Source: Vitreimonas sp. | Lineage (GTDB): Bacteria > Patescibacteriota > Microgenomatia > UBA1400 > PJMF01 | Assembly: GCA_035627515.1 (NCBI GenBank) | Contig: DASPLQ010000012.1 | Span: 327,269-391,268 of the forward strand | DNA: 64,000 bases | Direction: 5' to 3' | Shown here: piece after piece, positions 7,996-16,113 of the stretch | Numbering within the stretch: position 1 is the first letter of the stretch | How the letters are laid out: each line of letters starts with the position of its first letter | Program-made: the position numbers and the translations under genes | Notes under the pieces: model-generated | What the model was told of the DNA's origin: nothing | What the model saw: the letters and a program-made list of their open reading frames with translations, nothing else | Database searches by the model: none

Positions 7996-10497
7996 CTACC
8001 CGACGACTAGGTTCACAATCTTCCCTGGCACATAAATTTCTTTCTTGAGCGTACCTTGAGACAGCCACTGTTGGACTTTGGCTTCAGCCTTGGCTTTGGC
8101 TAAGATAGCGGCTTGGTCTTGGGCTTCGGTCGGGGTAACGCTCAACTGTTCACGAACTTTGCCATTCACCTGCACCGGAATAATCACTTGCTCTTCTTGA
8201 GCTAGAGCTTCGTCCCAAGTTGGCCAACTGCCGGTGTGAACTGAAACTTGTGGTTGATCGCTCGTACTATTCACAGTTTGCCACAACTCCTCTGCCATAA
8301 ATGGCGCAAACGGAGCCAACATCTGGATCACCATTTTAATTTCATCTGATGATAACGCGCCTTGACCAGCACTTTTATTGGCTTCTTCCCAGACATTCAT
8401 AAACTCCATCATCGAGGCAATAGCGGTGTTGAACTTGAGAGCTGGGATGTCTTGTGTCACTTTACGAATCGTTTGGTGTAACTTGCGGCGAGCGCGAGTC
8501 GCGGTTTCACCCTCGGCTGAGGTAGAGAGTGGTTGAGCGATAGCCTCACTCACTTGTTTATGCACCCGGCTTAAAAAGCGATAGACACCCGCCACGGCCG
8601 TGACACTCCAGGGCTTGTCGGCTTCTAACGGTCCCATGAACATTTCATAGACCCGCAGCGTATCCGCCCCAAATTTCTCGATGACTTCGTCGGGGTTAAT
8701 GACATTACCCTTACTCTTACTCATCTTCTTGCCGTCTGGACCCATGATCATGCCTTGATGGCGCATCTTCATAAATGGCTCATTGAAACTCAGATACCCT
8801 TCATCTCGCAAGAACTTAGTGAAAAAGCGCGAGTATAACAAGTGCAACACAATGTGCTCCGGCCCAATCATATACAAATCAACTGGCAACCATTTCTTAG
8901 CCTGGTCCTTATCCATGAAGGTTTTTTCATTACGCGCACTGACATAGCGCAAGAAGTACCAGCTTGAATCCACAAACGTGTCCATAGTGTCAAACTCTGG
9001 GCGCCAGCCTTTACCGTACAGTTTTTCGGTTCGCTCGATGAATTCTTTCGAGTGGGTCAGCGGCGACTCGCCGGTGGGCTTAAACTCCACGTCGGTAGGG
9101 AGTGTCCATGGCAAGTGTTCTTCCTTGACTGGGTGCGGCTGACCTTCAGGATCATACACAATGGGGATTGGTGCGCCCCAGTAGCGTTGGCGGGAAATCA
9201 ACCAATCGCGAAGTTTGTAGGTGGTTTGCCACTCACCCCATCCCTGTTTAATCATCCAATCGGCCATGTTTTTCTTACCTTTACCCCAAGCGTCCTGCCC
9301 ATCAAACTGCCCTGAGTTGACCAATACACCTTCGCCTTCGAAAGATATCTCGCTAGCAGCGACTTTTTTGTCAATTTCTTTGTCAGAATATGAAACTACT
9401 TGACGCACAGGTAAGTCAAACTTTTTGGCAAACGCAAAATCTCGTTCATCGTGAGCAGGCACGCCCATCACAATCGCGGTCCCGACACCCATCAAAACGT
9501 AATCAGCAATAAATAAGGGCACAGCTTCACCATTGACGGGGTTAACAGCATGTAAACCAGTATCGACACCAGTTTTATCTTTTTGACCAATTTTGCGTTC
9601 TTCTTCAGTTTTATGTTTGGCGGCTTCTAAGTAGTCAGACACAGCTTGCTGACGATCACTTGGCACTAAACCCGTCAATCCTAGTGATTCAAATTTTTCT
9701 GGAGCAATAACTACAAAGGTCGTTCCAAATACCGTTTCCCAAAACTTAGTCCAGATTGTTAAATCGATGGCTTTTTCTTGGAGCTGGAAGGTAATATTCA
9801 GGCCTTGAGCTTTTCCAATCCAATGAAGTTGATGTTGCTTGGTCGCCTCTGGCCAATCGACTTCATTCAAGCCACTAATTAATTCATCCTTATATTGAGT
9901 GATTTTAAAGTACCATTGCTCGAGGTCTTTCTGGACGACAGCGGTACCACAGCGTTCACAAGTACCATCCACGACTTGTTCGTTAGCCAACACCGTCTGG
10001 CAGGATGGGCACCAATTGACCATCCCCTTCCCGCGGTAGGCTAAACCTTTGTTATACATTTGGATAAAGAGCCATTGAGTCCATTGGTAATAATCAGGAT
10101 GGCTGGTAGCTAATTCATTAGCCCAGTCATAAGAAACACCAATGCGTTTGATTTGGCGACGAAAGGTATTAATGGCGCTCTTAGTAGTTTCAGCGGGATG
10201 GATACCTGTTTTAATGGCGTAATTTTCAGCCGGCAGTCCAAAGGCGTCCCACCCGACTGGGAAAAAGACTTGTTTACCATTCATCCGGTAATAACGAGCC
10301 ATGATATCCAGCGCCGTTTTTGATTCGACGTGACCAACATGTAAACCAGATCCAGAAGGATACGCAAAAGCAAATAACAAGTACATTTTGTCCTCAGGAC
10401 TGCCTGCCTGGTTTTCACTCTGCTGGAAAAGACCTTTTTCCTCCCACCATGCTTGCCAGCGTTCTTCGATTGCGGTTGGATTGTAGGTTGTACTCAT
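7996..10497 (-). CDS. leuS: leucine--tRNA ligase
   Basis: 833 aa with HVGHVESKTALD (HIGH), KMSKSKGN (KMSKS), a CP1 editing region and a Zn-like CxxC segment (CPSCQ...CERCG). AAGGAG Shine-Dalgarno 6 nt upstream of the ATG. Confidence 0.92.
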   Translation of the reverse strand: MSTTYNPTAIEERWQAWWEEKGLFQQSENQAGSPEDKMYLLFAFAYPSGSGLHVGHVESKTALDIMARYYRMNGKQVFFPVGWDAFGLPAENYAIKTGIHPAETTKSAINTFRRQIKRIGVSYDWANELATSHPDYYQWTQWLFIQMYNKGLAYRGKGMVNWCPSCQTVLANEQVVDGTCERCGTAVVQKDLEQWYFKITQYKDELISGLNEVDWPEATKQHQLHWIGKAQGLNITFQLQEKAIDLTIWTKFWETVFGTTFVVIAPEKFESLGLTGLVPSDRQQAVSDYLEAAKHKTEEERKIGQKDKTGVDTGLHAVNPVNGEAVPLFIADYVLMGVGTAIVMGVPAHDERDFAFAKKFDLPVRQVVSYSDKEIDKKVAASEISFEGEGVLVNSGQFDGQDAWGKGKKNMADWMIKQGWGEWQTTYKLRDWLISRQRYWGAPIPIVYDPEGQPHPVKEEHLPWTLPTDVEFKPTGESPLTHSKEFIERTEKLYGKGWRPEFDTMDTFVDSSWYFLRYVSARNEKTFMDKDQAKKWLPVDLYMIGPEHIVLHLLYSRFFTKFLRDEGYLSFNEPFMKMRHQGMIMGPDGKKMSKSKGNVINPDEVIEKFGADTLRVYEMFMGPLEADKPWSVTAVAGVYRFLSRVHKQVSEAIAQPLSTSAEGETATRARRKLHQTIRKVTQDIPALKFNTAIASMMEFMNVWEEANKSAGQGALSSDEIKMVIQMLAPFAPFMAEELWQTVNSTSDQPQVSVHTGSWPTWDEALAQEEQVIIPVQVNGKVREQLSVTPTEAQDQAAILAKAKAEAKVQQWLSQGTLKKEIYVPGKIVNLVVG

Positions 10498-10540
10498 TTA
10501 AGCTCCTTTTGATCTCGGAATTACTTCCATAAACTATTTT

Positions 10541-10588
10541 AAAACAAAAAATCCCCTAACGGGGAATTGCACACGACTCACTTCCCCT
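10541..10588 (-). promoter_or_regulatory. leuS 5' leader with mutually exclusive hairpins (terminator/antiterminator-like)
   Basis: Minus-strand RNA reads GGGGAA-N14-UUCCCC-GUUA-GGGGA-UUUUUUGUUUU, ending 40 nt before the leuS AUG. The central UUCCCC can pair with either flanking G-run, and the downstream option is followed by a U-tract. No T-box consensus seen here. Confidence 0.3.
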
Positions 10589-10682
10589 AGGCACTAGCGG
10601 CTAAGAAGGAGAAGTTGAGTTGGGTAATGAGACTTCATAACTTGAGTAGTATACCACTAAAATTGTGTGATATAACACGCAT

Positions 10683-10937
10683 ATGTCAGAAAGATACACA
10701 GTGGATAAGCAACATGCCTACTTAACCTGCGGTGCCGTCGGGCCGGCAGTAGCCACCGCCATCTTCACGGCTTTGATGGTGGCACCTCCAGAGGTGAGAG
10801 CAGCCTTATGGCACTCGAAAGAGCTAGTAACCAAAGAGATTGTAACCACACTCTGCTGTTGTGGAGTGCCCACTGTAGCGGGAGTCACTGGACTAGTGAG
10901 TTACTTGAAACATCGAGCGCACTGGACAGTCAACTAA
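10683..10937 (+). CDS. small hypothetical protein (84 aa, hydrophobic, CCC motif), first gene of plus-strand surface operon
   Basis: ORF track only. Position at the head of a tightly packed operon supports it being real. Confidence 0.35.
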   Translation: MSERYTVDKQHAYLTCGAVGPAVATAIFTALMVAPPEVRAALWHSKELVTKEIVTTLCCCGVPTVAGVTGLVSYLKHRAHWTVN

Positions 10938-10982
10938 ACCTCGATCATTACTCCCCGCCTTAAATCCTGCTATACTGATGTA

Positions 10983-11681
10983 ATGTCTGCCCTAGTTCAC
11001 AGCTTGTCTGTTTTGGTGGCTATCGCCTTAGCCTTTGTGTGGATACAAATCCCTTTCCTGAGTATTTATTCCTTACAAGTTTTTGCGGCTACGATGGCGC
11101 TCTACTTCATCATTAAGCGCCTTAGCCAAGCTAAACTGTGGCACGTGGCTCCTACCTTGTCATCGGTGGAAATGCCGATTCTTACTTTTGGTTTCCAAAT
11201 GCTAATTGGAGCTACTGGCAACTTTCACTCCTTATTTTTTCCCCTGACATTTGTACATTTATTTTTCTTGGTCTTAGCCACTGAAACCACCACTGCGATT
11301 GTTGCTAGTTTAGGCATCATGTTTTTTCACTACCTAATGACTCCAGAACTGTCTGTAGCCATGGTCAGTCAAGCCGCCACTATTCCCATCGTGATGGTCT
11401 TTTTTCTGTTTGCTAAACACCAATATCAAGAAGTTCAGCACGAAACTGCCCTCCTCAATACTCAGGAACAAGCCTTGGTGTCGTGCACCTACCAAGAACA
11501 CGAGTGGCGACAGTTTATGGCAGAGTTCTTGTTGCCAAAGTTGGTGGTTTTAGAAGAACTTGCCCACTCTGCTCAAGAAAATCAGCATACACTCCAGGGA
11601 CAACTCGCCTTACTCCAATCTGAAATCAAAAAAATGTTAGACAAAGTCAAGCACAATGAACTCGACAACCCTCAAGCTTAA
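10983..11681 (+). CDS. polytopic membrane protein (~5 TM) with C-terminal cytoplasmic coiled coil
   Basis: Hydrophobic segments followed by a Q/E-rich helix. The HEWRQFMAEF segment faintly resembles a histidine-kinase H-box, but no ATPase domain follows. Confidence 0.55.
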   Translation: MSALVHSLSVLVAIALAFVWIQIPFLSIYSLQVFAATMALYFIIKRLSQAKLWHVAPTLSSVEMPILTFGFQMLIGATGNFHSLFFPLTFVHLFFLVLATETTTAIVASLGIMFFHYLMTPELSVAMVSQAATIPIVMVFFLFAKHQYQEVQHETALLNTQEQALVSCTYQEHEWRQFMAEFLLPKLVVLEELAHSAQENQHTLQGQLALLQSEIKKMLDKVKHNELDNPQA

Positions 11682-12456
11682 CCAGCCTTTTCTTAAACGC
11701 CACTCGCTAGGCCAGTTTTTTTCTCGATCGGGAGTGGTAATGATGTTGGCTGCAGCTTGGTGGACCGCTCTCCAGCTCCCAGCCCGGCTCAGGGCTGAGC
11801 GCCTCGAATCAGACTCTTACGTCATCCAGTTTGGTAACTTCAATGTCACCAGTGGCGAAAAAGACAGTGCCTCCTACAACGTCACCGACACGGTGGGACA
11901 AACTGGTGCCGGACCGTATGGCCAATATGGCAGCAGCGGCTACTTCGTGGGCTCAGGCTTTCAATATATCTATCAAATTGATGACTTCAACTTCAAAATT
12001 TCCCAAGTGGCCTTGGATTTTGGTGAGCTCATCATTGGCACGCACAAGACAGCTTCGCATACGCTGACGATTACCACCAAAGGCGCTGGGGGCTACACCG
12101 TTTATGCCTATGAACTCCATCCTCTCCGCAGTCCTGCCAACGATACTATTGCTGACACTACCTGTGATGCCGGAACGTGTTCACAAACTACAGCTGGGGT
12201 CTGGAGTAATCAGAGTATTCCGGGCTTAGGGTATAACATGAGTGGGCATGATATTCCCGCTGCTTTTGTGAACAGTACTTACTTCAAGCAATTTGCTGAT
12301 CTTAGTCTGGGCGAAACGATGCAAGCCGTGATGAGTTCCACCAATATCGCTAATCAGCGCCAATCCACTGTTACTTACAAACTCGGTATCAATAGCACCC
12401 AAGCCTCGGGCAAGTATCAAACAGGAGTCGTCTATGTGGCGGTACCAGGGTATTAA
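11656..12456 (+). CDS. secreted surface protein with WxL-like C-terminal domain (CscB/CscC-like)
   Basis: The true start is probably the internal MMLAAAWWTALQLPARLRA signal-like segment near 11737. C-terminal ~150 aa (ALDFGELIIGTHKTASHTLTITTKGAGGYTV...C..GTC...WSN...GLGYNMSG...KQFAD...TYKL...SGKYQTGVVYVAV) is paralogous to the C-terminus of ORF 13425. It starts with the xFGE(L/I) motif typical of WxL domains. Confidence 0.55.
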   Translation: MNSTTLKLNQPFLKRHSLGQFFSRSGVVMMLAAAWWTALQLPARLRAERLESDSYVIQFGNFNVTSGEKDSASYNVTDTVGQTGAGPYGQYGSSGYFVGSGFQYIYQIDDFNFKISQVALDFGELIIGTHKTASHTLTITTKGAGGYTVYAYELHPLRSPANDTIADTTCDAGTCSQTTAGVWSNQSIPGLGYNMSGHDIPAAFVNSTYFKQFADLSLGETMQAVMSSTNIANQRQSTVTYKLGINSTQASGKYQTGVVYVAVPGY

Positions 12457-13450
12457 GCTCTCTCGTCCACCCTTGTTTAAGCGCTGGCTTCAGATTGCTG
12501 TGATGGCCGTGGGCGTGGCACTCGGCTTCACTCTGACCACCACCTCCATTACAGCCCAAACTGCCCCCCTAGAACTATCGATCAACCCCCCGGTGGCTTA
12601 TCTCCATGTCAAGCCTGGTTCCAATCAAACTCACACCCTCACCCTACAGCATCATGGCACTGTACCTCTCGAGGCGATAATAAAAGTCGTCGATTTTGTC
12701 CCGGACGGCGAAACTGGCCAACCAATTTTAACTGATGTCAGCACCTTTCCTTACTTAACATTGCTCAATCCTAACGAACGCCTCGGCGAGCCATTTCCTT
12801 TAGTGCCAGGCAAGGCAAAAAAATTAAGCTTTAATATTGATGTACCAAACTCAGCGACGCAAAAAGAGTACCCTTTGACCATCTTGATTAATACGCAACC
12901 AAACAGTCAGTATTCAGTGGTCCAAACTGGTTCTCAGCTGGGTGGGACCATCGCTAGCAATGTGATTATTCTGGTCTCTGAGTCAGATCGGCTTCCTCGT
13001 CGCTTGACGATTGACTCACTTACCGGACCGCGCTTTCTAGATAGCTTTAGTACCCTCAAGTTTGATCTAAAATTAAAGAATGTGAGTTTACAAGCGGCTC
13101 CCGCTTCTGGGAGCGCCCGACTCAAAAATTGGCAAGGTAAAACGCTCAAGGAATGGCAGCTTTATCCTGATATGGTGCTGGGTTCCGCCACCCGCTTCGC
13201 TCGTGGCCTCGATCCCACTGCCGCCGAACCCACCCCAGTGGAGTTTACCTATCGTGGTTTCTTAATCGGGCCTTATAGCATCGAGGCTCAGCTCAATAAT
13301 CAAGGTGGCCAGCAAGAGCTGCTGACCGTCAAAATGATTGCTTTACCATGGTCACTCGGGTTACTACTTATCATCGGTGTAATCCTACTTGGGTTAGGCA
13401 AATATTTCAGTCAAAAAGATCATCTTGATAAAACTCCAAAAAGTGTTTAA
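12434..13450 (+). CDS. DUF916-like cell-surface protein with signal peptide and C-terminal TM anchor (CscA-like)
   Basis: Signal peptide, then LSINPPVAYLHVKPGSNQTHTLTLQHHGTVPLEAIIKV. A C-terminal TM (LGLLLIIGVILLGLG) is followed by a basic tail. This matches the DUF916 N-terminal pattern (V.P.LPENQ...L.VKPGQ.Q.L.V.V.N). Confidence 0.6.
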   Translation: MWRYQGIKLSRPPLFKRWLQIAVMAVGVALGFTLTTTSITAQTAPLELSINPPVAYLHVKPGSNQTHTLTLQHHGTVPLEAIIKVVDFVPDGETGQPILTDVSTFPYLTLLNPNERLGEPFPLVPGKAKKLSFNIDVPNSATQKEYPLTILINTQPNSQYSVVQTGSQLGGTIASNVIILVSESDRLPRRLTIDSLTGPRFLDSFSTLKFDLKLKNVSLQAAPASGSARLKNWQGKTLKEWQLYPDMVLGSATRFARGLDPTAAEPTPVEFTYRGFLIGPYSIEAQLNNQGGQQELLTVKMIALPWSLGLLLIIGVILLGLGKYFSQKDHLDKTPKSV

Positions 13451-14966
13451 CGTTATAGCTACGTCGTTTTTTTTCGACTATGCTCGCTGTGAACTGCCTA
13501 TGAAAAAAGCCCATCTTCAAAAAGCTCTTGTATTAGTAGGCGTCCTGACCTCATTTTTTGTGGTTGCTCACGTCAACGAACAACTCCGCTCTGCTAGTTT
13601 GACCTCCGTCTCGGTCACCATGTCTAATCCTCGCCCTTCCTTCCGTGGCGCTTTAACCAGTGGCAACACCGTCGGTTCCTCGACTGTCATCATCAACACC
13701 ACCGCTGGTAGTTATCCATCTACATCTTCAGCACAATTGGTCGAAGGTGATGTGGTCCGGATTGGCAGTGCTGGCACGATGGGCACTCATACCGTGGCCA
13801 GTACCAGTTCATTATCTACCTTTACCGTTACCAGCGCCTTGGGCTCCGGTAATGCCGATTCTGGTGATGATGTCATCTCGACTCAATCTGCGACTCACAC
13901 TGTGCGTTTTACTACCGCCAATGCTATTGCCAATGGCCGCTTCCGAGTTTTGGTCCCAGCTTTAACAGACAACGGCGCTTCATCTGATGGTATCCCTGAT
14001 GGCGGCTTCTTTGATTTCAGCACCACTCCCGCGACTATGACCTGTCCTTCAGACGTGGGCTCCACGTATGACTTTGTCTCTGGTGTCGCTTCCGCTTCTT
14101 CTGTGACTGTTAATAACGTCGATTACCACGTGTTCGAGTGTGCTTATTCAGGCACCGGTGGTGTAGGTACCATTTTCGATGGAGGTGGTGGTAACCAAGG
14201 CGTGTTTACTCTGGCTGGTTTAATTAACCCAGCTCCTAAAACCGCTCACACTACGGGCACAGCCGATGCACACAACATCATTGTTCAACACTTGGATAGT
14301 TCCTTCAACGCCATCGATCAAACTACTGTCCAGGTAGGTGTGATTGAAGCTGTTAAATTAACCGCCTCAGTTCCTCCTCAAATTACCTTCCAAATTATTG
14401 GTACTGCGACCGGCACCTCAGCATGTGGTCAAACCACTGACGTGGCCACTACCCCAGCTAGTGTGCCATTTGGAGAAATCTCGATCTCTGCCTTTACCGA
14501 AGCCGCTCATAGCTTGACCGTCTCCACCAACGCGACTGGTGGTTATAGCGTCACAGCCATTGCTAACGACCAAATGGGCCGCAATGGCGGTGTCTGTACT
14601 GGTGATAATACCGGTGTGAACTGTATTCGCGATACGATTGGTAATGGCGGCACGATCACACATACTACCAGTGGTGAGTGGACAAACGTCAGCGCTAAAG
14701 GTTTAGGGTACTCACTTCATGACGTGAATAGTTCGATTACTAACCTACCAGCTGAGGCGTTTTCTTATAATGAGAGTAGTCGCACCTTCTCCACTAAACA
14801 ATTTGCCGATGCTGAAGACGGCCAAGCCGCCCAAGCTATTTTTGGCAGTGGCACCGTGGCTGATAACGAAAACTTATATGTCTGTTACCGGATTGTGGCC
14901 GCCAGTACTACCGCCGCTGGTAACTATGAAAATTACGTCACCTACAATGCGACATCAACCTTTTAA
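13425..14966 (+). CDS. large secreted Thr/Ser/Gly-rich surface protein with WxL-like C-terminal domain
   Basis: Signal-like N-terminus. C-terminal domain (VPFGEISISAFTEAAHSLTVSTNATGGYSV...C..GVNC...WTN...GLGYSLHD...KQFAD...YVCYRI...AGNYENYVTYNATSTF) is paralogous to ORF 11656. Confidence 0.6.
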   Translation: MIKLQKVFNVIATSFFFDYARCELPMKKAHLQKALVLVGVLTSFFVVAHVNEQLRSASLTSVSVTMSNPRPSFRGALTSGNTVGSSTVIINTTAGSYPSTSSAQLVEGDVVRIGSAGTMGTHTVASTSSLSTFTVTSALGSGNADSGDDVISTQSATHTVRFTTANAIANGRFRVLVPALTDNGASSDGIPDGGFFDFSTTPATMTCPSDVGSTYDFVSGVASASSVTVNNVDYHVFECAYSGTGGVGTIFDGGGGNQGVFTLAGLINPAPKTAHTTGTADAHNIIVQHLDSSFNAIDQTTVQVGVIEAVKLTASVPPQITFQIIGTATGTSACGQTTDVATTPASVPFGEISISAFTEAAHSLTVSTNATGGYSVTAIANDQMGRNGGVCTGDNTGVNCIRDTIGNGGTITHTTSGEWTNVSAKGLGYSLHDVNSSITNLPAEAFSYNESSRTFSTKQFADAEDGQAAQAIFGSGTVADNENLYVCYRIVAASTTAAGNYENYVTYNATSTF

Positions 14967-14987
14967 TAACTAACGCTGACACCATTT

Positions 14988-16103
14988 ATGATAACTGCCC
15001 ACCCCACCCCCAAATCTCTTGTTGCTGTGAGCTGTGGTTTACTCATCGCTAGTGTGGTGGCCGGAACATTTGTCAATTCATTTGGTCTTAAAACGAGTTG
15101 GGCTCAGGTGGCTGAACCCACCCCAATTGCTGTCCCTACCACTACTGAAGTACCTGGTATGGCTGATCCTACTGACGTCCATAGCCTGACCGCAATTCCT
15201 CCCCGGTTGGGTGAAAACCGCGAACTCAAAGCCAAGCCTGGTGAGACGATTCAAGCCGTAGTCCGTGTCCGTAACGGCAGTAACAAACCCATTTTTATTA
15301 AAACCAGTGCCCAAGATTTTATCTTGAGTGAAGATGGCCAAACTCCTATTCCTGTCCAAGATAATGTTTCTAACCGCTGGAGTTTAGCTTCATGGATGAC
15401 ATTGTCGACCACTTCACAGCGCTTAGGCCCTAACCAATCAGGGAATGTTAACGTCGTCATCACCGTACCCGCCGATGCCCTGCCTGGTGGTCACTACGCG
15501 ATGGTGATGCACGAGCCCACCACTGCTCCTGCACCAGCTGGAAGCGAAGAAGCGACTGCTAAATCTGCAGCTTTAGTTTCACAACGCGTCGGTACGCTGC
15601 TCTATTTCGAAGTTGAAGGCCCGATCAATGAAGCTGCTTTTGTACGCAACTTCTCGATGCCCAAATTTACTGAGTATGGTCCAGTGCCTTTCAAGTTTAC
15701 CGTCGAAAATATGTCTGATATCCACATCCGACCTCAGGTGGGGGTAGAAATTTATAATATTTTTAATCGTAAAGTCGATACTATCGTGATCGAACCTAAG
15801 AATGTCTTCCCGTTTGTGGCCCGTGAGTTTGAGGGCAAATGGGATCGCGTCTGGGGTATTGGTCCCTATAGAGCTAAGTTAACCATGAGCTACGGCCAAG
15901 CTGGTGCAGTAGTGGTAGCTAAAACCAGTTTTTGGTTAATTCCTATTAAATTAGTCTTGGCTATAACTACTATCTTCATGTCACTGTTAGTAGTCATTAT
16001 TGCCGTCCGCCGTCACCTCTTGCATCGTCAAGATGCTGCTCAAGCCCGCATTGAGATGCTGGAAAAGAAACTTCAAGATCTTGAACACGAGCACGAGCTC
16101 TAG
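14988..16103 (+). CDS. DUF916-like cell-surface protein with C-terminal TM anchor and coiled-coil tail (second CscA-like)
   Basis: AIPPRLGENRELKAKPGETIQAVVRVRNGSNKPIFIKTS closely matches the DUF916 N-terminal pattern. C-terminal TM helix, then a charged helical tail. Confidence 0.6.
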   Translation: MITAHPTPKSLVAVSCGLLIASVVAGTFVNSFGLKTSWAQVAEPTPIAVPTTTEVPGMADPTDVHSLTAIPPRLGENRELKAKPGETIQAVVRVRNGSNKPIFIKTSAQDFILSEDGQTPIPVQDNVSNRWSLASWMTLSTTSQRLGPNQSGNVNVVITVPADALPGGHYAMVMHEPTTAPAPAGSEEATAKSAALVSQRVGTLLYFEVEGPINEAAFVRNFSMPKFTEYGPVPFKFTVENMSDIHIRPQVGVEIYNIFNRKVDTIVIEPKNVFPFVAREFEGKWDRVWGIGPYRAKLTMSYGQAGAVVVAKTSFWLIPIKLVLAITTIFMSLLVVIIAVRRHLLHRQDAAQARIEMLEKKLQDLEHEHEL

Positions 16104-16113
16104 GAGCTAGGCT

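Noticed and set aside
9052-9403. Two plus-strand ORFs (87 and 60 aa) inside leuS
   Set aside because: Antisense to leuS, with no support.
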